Shown here in pieces: positions 39,191 through 52,641 of a DNA stretch of 64,000 bases (the stretch's first letter is position 1; each line of letters begins with the position of its first letter). The notes beneath the pieces were generated by a model, which saw only the letters and a list, made by a program, of their open reading frames with translations, had not been told where the DNA came from and searched no databases. The stretch covers positions 126,728,001-126,792,000 of the forward strand of contig OX597817.1 in assembly GCA_951406725.2 (NCBI GenBank), read 5' to 3'. This stretch comes from Octopus vulgaris (lineage: Eukaryota). A program made the position numbers and the translations under genes.

Positions 39191-39313
39191 TATGCCAGCA
39201 TAATATATATATACATATTTATACACATTTGGACACAAATACTCAATCCATCCACAATTCCTATTAGCCAATTCTAGCGCTATATACATATATATATATT
39301 TTTTTTTTTTTGC

Positions 39314-39346
<33 letters not shown>

Positions 39347-39739
39347 TGTATGTATGTATGTATGTATGTATGTATGTGTGTGTGTGTGTATGTATGTATG
39401 TATTATGAAATATTCGTGTGGATCCATCGATGCCAATAACTTTCATTATATTCAATGATATAAACATATTTTGAAGTTCTAATTGATGGTTACAAACCCT
39501 CTCACATACATTTTCTATATATCTTTCTCTCTCTATTTCTTTACCTTTCTCTCATTCTTGCAGTGATAGTGACTATTCTTTCTTTTTTCCTTATAGTACT
39601 GTTCATCACTCTGTGTGTGTATGTATATATATATGTATATGCTTTCCTATAAATAGTTTATTCTCTAAATGCATATATTTGTTCACAACTTATTTAAATA
39701 CTCGTATGTAATAATTTCTTGATCTTTATTTATCAAATA

Positions 39740-39890
<151 letters not shown>

Positions 39891-40654
39891 CATATATATT
39901 TATTTATTTATATGTATCTGTTGTTGTTGTTATTCAAAAGTTCCGATATCAAACATTTTCATACAGCCCCCATATAAAAGTTTCTGCTAAATAAAAACAA
40001 ACACATACGTACTCTCACAAATGAATAAATATATACATTTTATCTAAATATTAGTGTGGGTGTATGTTTCCGTGTTTGCTTGTATAAATAAATATTTCAC
40101 TGCATGATCATATATAGTGAGGATGTTTGTGTATTTTTGAATCAGCAGGTTCATCTGCATGTCTCTATATATTTACGGTTGTAATATTTATGCATTTATG
40201 TTCTTGTTTTAATAGAAAACGCTAATTTAAATGCAGCATTCGTTGTGCTGCAGGTAAGCATGAAATTATCGACCAATTATAATTATCCTGTTTGAAGAAT
40301 ATAGTATACTAAATTATCTCATTAATAAGCTTAACCACGATAGAGGAGGCTTATGGTATTTTCATTTATACACTTATTTGTACTATATATGAAAAGAAAA
40401 TCCAATATTTTTAGAATTGTAAAAATCAGTATTATTAATTTTATAATTATATATAGCTCAATATGTGAATAATTCTTTTTTGTCAAACACCATTCACACA
40501 TTAAAAATCATGATTAATTACTAAATAATTTATTTTAATAATTTGGATACATGTAAATTTTTCCATATTGAAATAACTGAGGAAATATCGCTAAGTGCAT
40601 ACTGCTTTGATTGTGATAAGATTATTAAGTGATAATTTCACGCAAATAAAAATG

Positions 40655-41075
40655 AACACAAGCACCCTCAACTTAGTTCTCAGGGAAACTCAGTGTGACG
40701 CAGAGTGGACAGGAGTTACGTGATATGACGGTTCATACACAGGGGCACATCAAGACAGCGGAAATAGATTCAGCCGCACATAGCATGTGAAATGGATGTC
40801 CCTTTGAAATACAAGTACTACCCATATTTAAGAGCGGAGTGGGACAAGGGCAACATGAAATAGAGTCTCATACTCAGGGACACAATAAAGTCACTGTTTG
40901 TAGATTCAGGGTGACACAGAATAGCCCTTTGAAATACAAATGCTACTCATCTTTTACAGCTGAGTGGACAGGCAACATCAAATTGAGTGTAATTCTCTGT
41001 GACACTACGCGCCGCCAGGAATAGAACTCACAAGTGTGAGAAGAGTACCATAACCACTAAACAACGCACTTTCAC
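40655..41075 (-). mobile_element. Cluster of degenerate family-C-related SINE pieces
   Basis: Twice ccctttgaaatacaa..tac.cat..gagtggac..gcaacat.aaat. Head remnant accataaccactaaacaacgcactttcac. Confidence 0.65.
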
Positions 41076-41623
41076 TATTTCAGGCAAATAAATCAATTAT
41101 GATGCAACCGTATTATACACTTCGTTGTATAATAGCATATGAATTTATCGCAATATGAGCGAAGCAGAATCAAACTTAAGAATTTAATGAATTGTCACTT
41201 ATACGCAGCACGACCATGACTCACGCCACAATAACCCTAACCCTAACCATAATACCAATGTAATCTTCATTTACTTGACCTTACGAATCCTTTGTTTTTA
41301 CACGTTATTGTGAGATTCAAATATTGACATTTTGAAACATGTATACACGCATGAAGGTATTAAATTTGTTTCCGTCGCATAAAATTATCGTCATGGAATG
41401 TGTACTTTATTAAATATAAGTATGGTTTTTATGGTGAATTTAATACTTCTTAATACTTTTCTCTCTTTCGCAATAAAATATATATATCTATAAGCGACTT
41501 TTAAAAATTATTTCAATTCAGTGTGGTTAACAAATGTGAGAAGACAAAATGAACACAGCAAGAAATCGCTACATAAATCATTAACCACGAAATATAACTG
41601 ACCAATATATTTAAAGAAATGTA

Positions 41624-41830
41624 AGGCGGGAAGCTTGCAGGTTCGTAAGCACGCTTGGCAAAAAGCTTTGCTGCATTTCATCTGCCGATTCGTTCGCCTT
41701 CATAGTGATGCGAGATCTTTGCCGCTTATCCTTTCTTGTCGATAAAATAAGTACCATTTAAACACTGTGGTCGATAAAGTCAACTTGCCCACCTTAAAAT
41801 TTCAGGCTACGTGCATTTAAAAGAAAGGAT
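41624..41830 (+). mobile_element. Family-B SINE, degenerate
   Basis: aggcgggaagcttgcag..tatcctttcttgtcgataaaataagtacca..cactgtggtcgat. Confidence 0.75.
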
Positions 41831-42456
41831 TTCATGGGAAAGTAATACTGTACTTAAAAATAAGTACCAGATCGGTTTATTTACCTCTAATTTTTTATTC
41901 AATATAATTTAAATCACAATCTTTTTTTCTATTTACTAAAGATAAGCAAATATTTGTACAGTTCAATGTCACCAATGATGTCCTTTGGCTATTTCAGACT
42001 TCTGCTGGGCCTGAAAGTATAATTCAATGCATAAACAGAACAGGAGAAAACATGTGAATGGCAAAATCGCTGAAGAGGTTATAGATGTGTGAGAAAAGAC
42101 TTGCAGACATTGAACGCAAGATGGAATAAGAACAATAATAAACGAGTGAAAAACGAATGTAGGTTTCAATATACCAGTTTACATCACAGCTCTTGCAAAA
42201 CAAATTCAGAAATGTATATGCATATATATATACACATATAAGCGATTTCGCTCATTAAATACTTACAACGCCCGGTGTGAGAATCGAAACCGCGATCCTA
42301 CGACCGTGAGTCCTTTACCCTAACCACTGCGCCTCCACACACACACACATATATATATGTATATATATGTATCTCACGTCTGTTTTCATTCCTCCCCTTC
42401 ACTCTGTATTTCATACCTTCTCTATAATAACTGTTACTTAAACATTTTCTCGCACT

Positions 42457-42504
42457 GTCTCTGATGAAGGGATATTTAAAATATCCCGGAAACAGCTGCA
42501 AGAC
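42457..42504 (+). ncRNA. Type I minimal hammerhead ribozyme motif (Penelope terminal-repeat type), cleavage triplet altered
   Basis: gtct-CTGATGA-a-gggatatt(taa)aatatccc-g-GAAAC-agct-GCA-agac. Confidence 0.75.
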
Positions 42505-42580
42505 CTCTTTATAAATATTCTGAAAACTATTCACAACCTTGGATTTTTATCGCTTTCTGTTAATATATATATATATATAT

Positions 42581-42615
<35 letters not shown>

Positions 42616-42690
42616 TATATATTTATTTATTTATTTATATATATTTATTTATATATATATATTTATTTATTTATATATAGCTTTCTGTTA

Positions 42691-42735
<45 letters not shown>

Positions 42736-42967
42736 CCTAGGAACGAATAACTTATATCCACACAAACATATACACATATATTTGTGTGTGTGTGTGTGTG
42801 TGCATCTGTGCTTGTGAGTGAGTATATGTGTGTGTAAAATTATTTAGAGCATATGTTAAACTCGTAAAAGGATGGAACATCCAAGGAACCAATACCTGGT
42901 ATATTCAATACTTGTGGGGATCGAAATTCTCATATAGCAACAAGTTTATATTACGTATATAGTATAT

Positions 42968-43387
42968 ATCCAGTTAAATAAAGAAAATGGAAAGTAGGAA
43001 GTTAACAATTATTTATCATTGACAAATTGGTCATCCATACTTCTTACAGCTGTTTCAGTTAATACTCAATTATTTAATTACAAATGTGTAAATTAAATTA
43101 ATATTTATGTGACCTAAGCAAAATTTCATCAGAGAAAATGATGCGCTATGAGATGTTATAGTCTGCTGAAATGAATGAATATGTCCGCATATAACATCTC
43201 AAGATACATCTTTATCTCTGGTGAAATTATGCTCATGTCACATAAATGCAAATTTAACATATAAATTTGTAATTAAATTATTGAGTATTAATTAATACAG
43301 CTGCAAGAAGTAAAGATGACCAATTTGTTAATAAGTAATACTTGTTAACTTCATATCTCCAATTTCTTTTCGTCATTTAACTGGATA
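42968..43387. repeat. ~200-bp-arm palindrome with a hammerhead motif in each arm
   Basis: ccagttaaat..gaagttaacaa..caaattggtcatc..acttcttacagctg..ttaatactcaa..tttatgtgac..gagatgttata is the inverse of tataacatctc..gtcacataaa..ttgagtattaa..cagctgcaagaagt..gatgaccaatttg..ttgttaacttc..atttaactgg. Confidence 0.92.
43042..43135 (-). ncRNA. Hammerhead ribozyme motif with intact core and long stem/loop II
   Basis: Minus: tct-CTGATGA-[~70 nt]-GAAAC-agct-GTA-aga. Confidence 0.7.
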
Positions 43388-43914
43388 TATGTATATGTAT
43401 GTATGTATGTATGTATGTACGTATGTATGTATGTATGTGTGTGTGTATGTATGTATGTATGTATATACATATGTATAAATATATATATATATAATGCTCA
43501 CATGTGCATGCGTGGACTCATATGTGTGTGTATCGGTGAATGTGTAAATTTTGTTGGATGCGTCTATGTACATAATCCAAATGGTAGGGGTGAGCATAAA
43601 AGTGAGAATGTGTACGTGTGTATGTGAGTGGATACATGTATGTGTCTATATAGGAGAAGGTGAGAATCGACAGGATGAGTGATGTCTGCGCGTATGCATG
43701 TGTATACATACGGTATCTCACAGAAGATTGTACACCCCTATAACAGTTCAGTAAAATTACTTTGATAATATGGAAGGAAATCAAACAAAATTTATACTGA
43801 ATAAAGATATATCATACAACCAAACATTATACAAATTTGGAACACAAAATTAGACATTTTCATATATATGAACGAAATATTAATTTTCAAACAATACAGA
43901 TATCTACTCCCTAG

Positions 43915-44330
43915 AGTACTATTTGATATATTCTATATTTGGTCTGACAGCACTTGCTTTCAATAGCTGAGAGTACTTTAAGCATAGAGTCGACTAAATT
44001 TCCGCAAGTAACCGATAAAATCGACCGCCATTCATTCAGAATGATGTCTTTCAATTGTGTGCCATCGTGAGTTATTTTTCTCCTGAACATGTCCTTTCAA
44101 AAGATCACACAAGTTTTCTATTGGGTCTAAATCAGGTAACAATATAGGCCAAGGCAATACAATTACATGTTAATATAATTAAACACTTAGTCATCAAATT
44201 TGAAGTGTATTTAAGGTCATCATCATGATGGAACTCGGGATGTCTTCCTAGTTCTTTGATGCGTTTCAACATTGTTTTATGCAATATGTCAAAATAAAAC
44301 CTTGAATCCATTGCATCCCCAAATTATAAT
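43915..44330 (-). mobile_element. Tc1-like DD34E transposase 3' remnant
   Basis: Minus: FHHDDDLKYTSN..VIVLPWPILLPDLDPIENLCDLLK. Confidence 0.75.
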
Positions 44331-44605
44331 ATTTCTGCCGCCGCGTTTCACGGTAAGCACGGGACATTTGTCGCTATTATTTGCACCTGGTTGTCGCTAT
44401 ACTCCTTTAATAATAGCATTAATATAAACAATAATAATAATAATATCAATAATATAAATGATAATAATATTGATTACCTCCCTTCCATTACATTTTAATA
44501 TGTGCTAATTGATAAGGTTTATTTTTACAGTTAATAAATAGTATGTCTAGCGTATTCTTTTAATTTAACTCATTAATAAGATAAATCACTATTTACTAAC
44601 TATGA

Positions 44606-44688
<83 letters not shown>

Positions 44689-45475
44689 AATATAAAATGA
44701 TTTCTATATTTTCTATCCGTGTAAAAGATACTAAAATTTATTGAAATACTTTAGAAAAAGCTATCTAAAGGATATTTATTGAAAATTCACAAGCAGAATT
44801 ATGGCTGTTAAAGGGTAAAGAACATTAGAAATCTCCAGAGCATTAGTAGTCTCTATTCTCCCTACTCGAAGAGCTTCAGCCTACTAACTTTAGCTAAAAT
44901 ATATATAAACATGCCTCAGTTGAATTCCTCAGAGTGGGATACATTTATGGCTTTGACATTTGAACTGCCACTTCCTCTATCTATAAATAGAAAAGATTCT
45001 TGTTTGTCTCCATTGAACAAAATAAAATACACCCTCCCCATTTATAAATCTAAATAACAACGTTAACTCAGTGATAAAAAAATCTACAGATGGAGAACGA
45101 CCTTCTACTACTATGTTCTTAATGATGAAATCAACCTCTCTGTCTATATATCTACACTCTTTGTAATGTTGGCAAGTGAAATAAGTATAAAAATGTACAT
45201 TGTCCATTTAATTAAAAAAATTCTATGTGTGGCTGAATATTGCTCTACATTTTAAAACTGATGTAATACTTACATTGTTTAAGAAAATGAAGTAGCATGA
45301 AATGATATGTACTACAATACCTTGAATATCCTTGTTGCTTATTTTGATTATAATCACCCCATTTGATTTATATGGATAATACCGTACCTAATTCTGGTGC
45401 CTTGAACTTAAGTACCATATTCATCTGAATCTAAATTTTGCTGAACCTATATATAAATATATATATGTATGTATG

Positions 45476-45513
<38 letters not shown>

Positions 45514-45554
45514 CATATATATATGTACATACATACATGTATACATGTGACAGT

Positions 45555-47210
45555 TTGTCTTGACAATAGGAAGGCACTCGAATATATCCCTCATTCGTGG
45601 TTATTGAAGTGCATACATGTGGCAAAAAACCTACTACCTTAATTGCTGCTACAAAGAGACTCACAAAGATATGGACAACAATTCTTACCCTTGTATAGGC
45701 ATTTCAAAGGGAATATTCTGTACTTCTTTTCATTTTGACTCTGAATCCATTATCGTTCCTACTGCAGAAAACAAATGGTTACATGCTAGGATCATCAACT
45801 GCTAGAAATATCAATGTAACTCATAATTTCTTTGTAGACTACATGAAGAACATTTATGCTAAAAGCGTTAACAATGCCGAAAAACTGGAATTAATAACAA
45901 CGATTTCAGTTGATAGAAGTATGGCATTTGGCGAAAATAAATGTTCTTATTTGTTTATAGGACGAGGAGAGTCAGTCGCCAAACCCAAAACCTCTGCCTC
46001 AACGGTCTCTCTATGTCCAACATTCCACTCAATGTATGTTACAAGTACCTAGGCATAGATGAAAATGTATTATATGAAAGCACAGTGAATTAAGATAGAG
46101 TGCCCTGGGAATAATACACCCGACTTTGGAAAGTATTGAAGTCGGGACTCTCCTCTTACAACAAAAAATTATCCCACAATGCATTTGCAGTCCAAGTGCT
46201 GATCTCAACAGTTGGGATACTTGATTGGTCTGTAGAAGAAATCAATTCCATAGATATCATAACCCGTAAAATCCTGACAACAACTTGGAACATCCACAAG
46301 AACAGTAATGTTGACAAGCTCTACCTAAAAGGAAATGAAGGTGGTTGAGGCATGAGATAAGTGGAGACGGCCTTCGGTTACCGTATGGTATCACTACAGC
46401 AGCACTTGCTAAACAACCGCAACAAAAATAAATATATATATGATTGGTCTGTAGAAGAAATCAGTTCCATAGATATCATAACCCGTAACATCCTGACAAC
46501 AACTTGGAACATCCACAAGAACAGTAATGTTGACAAGCTCTACCTAAGAAGAAATGAAGGTGGTTGAGGCATGAGATAAGTGGAGACGGCCTTCGGTTAC
46601 CGTATGGTATCACTACAGCAGCACTTGCTAAACAACCGCAACAAAAATAAATATATATATGCAGTGTTGAAAAGTTATGATCGATCTCTTAGACAGCCCC
46701 AAAAGAGTTGAACTTAGAGAAGAGCTGGATGGAAAGCATTCAGCATACATAAAGACTATACATGGGTATGTTGCCCGGAAGATTAAAGAAGATAGTAGAA
46801 ACGACACGAAGCGCAGTCTTTCTTGGATACAAGACCACTACATCACATCACACTTTGAACGTTATGCGTTTCCAATTCAGGAACGCGAGATTGCCAGAAA
46901 GTACCTGGTGAACAAGAGAGACAGTGACATTTTTGTAATCTCAAGATGCAACCGCTTGTGTAGGCTATGTCATGTTTCTCTGGAAGTCATCACGTATGGG
47001 ATTAGGAGCTGCCCTAAAATGTCATCACGGTACTACCTCCCTATACGACACGCTAAAACAGTTTACAATGCCATCCCCAAAAAAGAATCTCCTGAAATAA
47101 ATGTAGAAAACCCCTTTGTTATGGATAACATTCATAAACACAAACTCAAGGAATATTTCCATGAAAACCTCTATCAAATGTGAATATAACAGGCCAGATA
47201 TGTTCCTCAC
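45555..47210 (+). mobile_element. R4/Dong-like RLE LINE (RT C-terminus, CCHC, start of RLE), degenerate, with 219-bp internal tandem duplication
   Basis: GISKGIFC, FVDYMK, SMAFGENKC, YKYLGIDE, HNAFAVQVL, DKLYL..EGG, CRLCHVSLEVITYGIRSCPKMSSRYYLPIRH, NRPD. Confidence 0.9.
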
Positions 47211-47224
47211 AAAAAAGGCATATA

Positions 47225-48290
47225 TATATGTGTTTCCTTGGGATGTGGTTGCGGTGTTGATTCTTGAATTAATCGGTGGTGACACCTGTGTACACATACG
47301 GGCCACGTTTGTGTGCACTCTGCATTTATATACGAGGTTGCGAAATGTGCAGAGATTATCATGTAGGCATCTTAATATGTCCCTACATGAACATCTATTG
47401 CTGGTTGTTCTTAGTGATCGACGATTGTACTCTGTTGGGCTCATAATTCTCGTTACATGTCAGTTCGTGTTCTCTATGTTGTTATTATGCAGGCTTATCT
47501 GGGTTACTTAGGATTTAGTTGTTAGTATTACCAGATTGGTCCGCGCTATTGATTCTTATGCTTGTCCGTTACTGGGGGTCGTTCTAGTGAACATTGTATA
47601 CAGATTCATTAGTTAAGAATTCTCCGGGGCGTGTTGTTCGAACCCTTGTTTAGTTTCCTGTGGTTGATTCGCTGCATATGCTGCACCAAGTTGCTGATTA
47701 TTGTGTCTGACACCGTCATCGTCCATTGCTGCATAGAACTGTCTAGCAATCTTTGAAGAAACATTTGATGTGTGGATTGGGTTATAGCAAATTACTGTGT
47801 AGTTTTGTATATGGTGATGGGTTTATTACTCACAGTGTGTTGTGTTTGTTTAGTACCATCTATTTTGTCAAGTGTTCTATTTAGATGGAGATTTTTGTTT
47901 CTGTTTTTTTTTTGCTTAGACGGTTTTTTATGTCGGTTATTTATATGGTTGGATGTTATACGTCCGTGGTTGTGTTTTGGGCTGATGTAATTTCCGAAGG
48001 TGGGTGTGCTAGCGGTGTGTGTATTGCTGTACGTGGCGTTTGGGTCATTTATGTGTGTTTTGTTTTGGGTGTATGGACTTAATCAGTACCTGCTATCCAG
48101 CTCTAGCTAGAGTGTCATTCTAATAGGGTGCATGAAGATGAAATAATTCCTCGTAAGCAGGAAATTTGGATACCCTAGTCTGAATATTACTGAAAACTCT
48201 CCTTATAAGGTAGGGTTGCTGGATAGACATGGCGTCAATGTATTTTAAGCTGGCATTTGGTTTGTGGAAGTGCTCATGTCACCCGGTAAC
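47225..48290 (-). mobile_element. Penelope-like element remnant (RT thumb, Cys linker, start of GIY-YIG)
   Basis: Minus: FHKPNASLKYID..RVSKFPAYEELFHLHAPY*NDTLARAG, and RCSCRDILRCLHDNLCTFRNLVYKCRV. Confidence 0.78.
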
Positions 48291-48654
48291 AAAATATGGC
48301 ATTCACGAAGTTAGCTCTGTGGCGTTCAATTACAACAGTTATATACAAATAAAGAAAAACAACTAGTCTTAAATTTTGGAGCGGGAAAATACGGACACAT
48401 ATCATGTGTCGCTAGCCAGCTGGCTAAGACGATTGCGCGGGGTTAAAAAGTAGTAATATCGTCCTGCCGGTTTTTTCGGCCAAATTATCGCATTTCCAGC
48501 TGTTTCAGATTCCAAGATACAAAGAAAAAATGTCAAATAACGGTTTTGCTATGGAATGGTGAAACTATGTTTTCGTTTTTTGAAAAAAGCAACGTTTTGG
48601 ACGTATATATATATATATATGACAATTGATTACTCGTGAATTACTCTACCCAGT

Positions 48655-48755
48655 ACATCGCGTGGCACCTTGGGCATGTTTCTTCTGCTATAGTCTTGAA
48701 AAGGTGAAAGTTTTCTAATTGGAATTGCTAGGCAGAAACTGAAAGAAACCTGTTC
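48655..48755 (+). mobile_element. Family-A SINE internal fragment
   Basis: gcgtggcaccttgggcatgtttcttctgctatagtc..gaaactgaaagaaacc. Confidence 0.7.
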
Positions 48756-49371
48756 TATACTCAAACGATGTACATTAATGTATGAATATGTAGATATTAA
48801 TACATTTACATACTAGATTTACAAAGTATAAGACACAGAAAATATGTCAATATCTACTTACTTATACGTGAATGTTCATCTGAATATTTTCATTCTTTCT
48901 TTCTCTCAATTTACATTTATGCATGTATATTTTATATATATAACTCAAACAGTTTTATTTGTTAATTTCCATAATTTTCTCCAGATCTGCTCATGCGCAT
49001 TCCTATTATAGCCATTCTTTACCTCGTGAGCTTATTCTTCGGTAAAGGTTTCGGTGTGTAAATTCCTAATCATTCGAGACCTTTTATAAATTCAGTATCC
49101 CCGGATCTCATCTGTTGAATCTATGTCTCTATACCTCTGACTGTCTGTTTCTCTCTCACACACTATCTATGTGTGTGTATATGTATATATATTTTTATAT
49201 ATATGTGTGTGTTTATATTTATATAATATAATATAATATAATATAAATATATATATATATGTGATTACCTAACTCTATCTCTTACATTCTGTATATACGT
49301 ATAGATGCATTTACATGCATATATGCATATACATATATAGACTCACAAACGCGCGCACACACACACACACG

Positions 49372-49447
<76 letters not shown>

Positions 49448-49950
49448 TTTGGTTTTGCAAATTTTACCTTACGCTTGCTAGTATTTTTAGGTGCTTAAGT
49501 TGATACGAGCAAATATTGACAACTTTTTGATTCATTCACATTTTGCTACAGAGCTGCATCCACGGTATGAATTGGTAAATAATGGTGCAACATTTGCTTG
49601 CTAGTGCATATTTTCACCATGTCATGAGGCACCATATTCAGAAAGATAATTCACAGCTCAGACAAGGAAACGAGAACAGCGTTATGATTGCAAGTTAATC
49701 ACACCTACACACTACAACATACGCTTACAGAGACACACTCATACGTGTATAAGCATATATGTGTGCGTGTCTGTGCCTGTGCGTGTGTTTATGTGCGTGT
49801 GTGTGTGTATTTGATAAAGCGATAGTAGTAGTTTCATGCTTCACTTTTTTCAATAAGTGATAAGTGTTATGAACGAAACACTTAGGCTTCAAGCACATTT
49901 TAAATGTATGGCAAAAAAACAAACATAAACTATTACACGGGCACACACAC

Positions 49951-49995
<45 letters not shown>

Positions 49996-50163
49996 TATAT
50001 ATATATATATATGTGTATATATATATTTATGTATATGTACATATATATATATATGTATGTATATATACATATATATATATGTACGAAACAACTGTACCGA
50101 TATATTGATCCATTCTTGTTGCTTTTTTCCTATATGTATATATATATATATAAATATAAATAT

Positions 50164-50220
<57 letters not shown>

Positions 50221-52509
50221 ATATATGTATATAAATGTATACATGCAAGTGTGTGTGTGTATATATACATACCCGCTTAAATAAATAAATACATACACTC
50301 ACACACACACGTATATGTATTAGCATACATGCTTTATACGGATTTTTGTTTGTTGATTGTAGGGTATAAATATTATACTTAAACACTTACATAGGAGCAG
50401 GAGCATACTGAACTTAAATAACTTTTCACCCAATGCTAAATTTATTTCCATTAGGTAACTTTTTCTTATACAATATCCTTTTATATACATGTTTTTTTTT
50501 AAAATTGACTTTCGTTTCCAGATGATGGCAATGGTCGACAGTTATACTGAAATATGTTAAGTTGTATGTATTCTATAAGTACTTTCAGTGTAACTTAACA
50601 CGTCACGTAGATATTGCAATTGATAATTACCACCGAGATATTACTGAGATTGTTATGTTGTTTGCATAATGATTAGCATGCCATTACCGCAAAGAGGCCT
50701 CCCTAAAATTTACAGAAGTTCTGCCTTGAATTAATTGCGTTATCAGCAAAAATATCATCGGAGCCATTTTGCTATGTTCAGTTTCACTGAGGTAATTTCA
50801 GATTTAACTCTTGTGTGTGCAAAATGAACTAAGTTAATATTTTTTAAGTGAAATATATAAAAAAGACATATCGGGGAATCTATTTGATAAATGTAATTTG
50901 CAGAATATTTTATTACTGCTAATACTTAAAATTTGACCTAGTTTAAAATTTGAACCAACAAGCAAATGAAATTAATGCATATGTCCGTTGATATTTATAC
51001 TACTGACTTTCATCTGGGGTTGGATCACAATCTAATAACTAATGCAGAACTAAAAATGTACTGATATAGGAACATAACACATTCTACAGCATAGCTCAGT
51101 CTAAATTATCAGGTCTGGGATATTGTTAATCATAAACTTGCTCAATGAGTGTCTGGGTTGGGTTAAGCAATGATATCGTTTCGTCTGAGAAGACTAAGTT
51201 CACGTGGTTGAACACATAATTCTATATTTACTGACTAAATAATTTTATTGTTTTCTTCGTATTTCTAATTATCATATGGATATTGTTATATATGAACAGT
51301 AATCAAAGTACATTAGAGTTCGGGGTAGATTACATAAAGACTGTCAGCTACTGATCAAATCGCTTTAGTTTCTCCTCATATTTGAAATGAACAGAAGATT
51401 TTGAAGAAGTATATTCTTAATGACATCGAAGTCTATTAACACATACAGAGTCTATTTTAAATGCTTCGATAGAAATACTTAAGAATCACACCAGTAGGCG
51501 TGAATTTCCACTAAAAACTATGATGCAGACCGACGTTCGTCTAGATATATAACGATATTTTGCATCAATGTGTTTTGTATAAAAATTCACGAACATAATT
51601 GCCACTCATCAATTGCTTTTTTCTACTTGATTATGCAATATATTTTATTTTATATTTCTGTGTTTATGAGAGAAAATTTCCCACTGTGTGAGTAGTTTTC
51701 CGAAAAATCGATCGAAAATTAAAACCGAAATATATATAGTGTAGTGGGAAGATTAGAAACATCACTTTTGAATATTGACATATATGTAATACTAAAATAT
51801 ATATAAATAGCTCAAAAATATTTTAAATGTTTATGAAAAAGTTATAAAGAATGAAATATGTAACTAATTGGTTGCAATGAAACACTTCTGTCTGATAAAA
51901 TGATTGAACACGATAGTGATTATATTGACTCATCTCAGTGAAGATTGCAATGACAACTCAACAGTTGTACATTTTAGATAGCCAACACCAATGAAGTATC
52001 CACCATTGAATATAATTGCAGGGTCAGTGATTGTAGTGGTATAGTTGTTGATAAAGCTGAGACATGATTGGGATAATGCAGTTAAATTGTGGTTATAAAT
52101 GGATGAACTGTGTGTCGACCACAATAAAAAAGCATGAATCTGATTATGAGGAATCTAATATTTATAATTTGAAAAGCCATAAGAATCAAGAATTTGTTTA
52201 GTTCGAAGCAGTTTCTTAAATATGAAATGTCAATAGTGAAAAATATATCTTAATCTCCAGTGGAATTGGACATAAAATTTAAGCTGTAATTTAGTTCTGT
52301 TATATTATGCTTCTGAGGGTCTACACAATTGTACTGTGTGTCAGAATCAGGTATATAAGTTCGTACACACACATTGCATTTATATGCCAGACTAATTACT
52401 GGCTGTACCAATTGTCCATCTAATACATGGCATGTAAGTGGAACTATTTCCGTAATAATCTTTACACTCATTAATACTTTCGTTATTCTACATATTACCG
52501 AAAAAGTAC

Positions 52510-52575
<66 letters not shown>

Positions 52576-52610
52576 TAGAGAGAGAGGGAGACAGAAACAG
52601 GCAGGCAGGC

Positions 52611-52641
<31 letters not shown>

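Noticed and set aside
40200-40260. Micro-exon-like ..ttttaatag|38 nt|gtaagc
   Set aside because: Splice-like motifs only, with no partner exons or coding evidence.
41232-41250. Telomere-like (TAACCC)n
   Set aside because: Only 2-3 units; such runs are common inside repeats.
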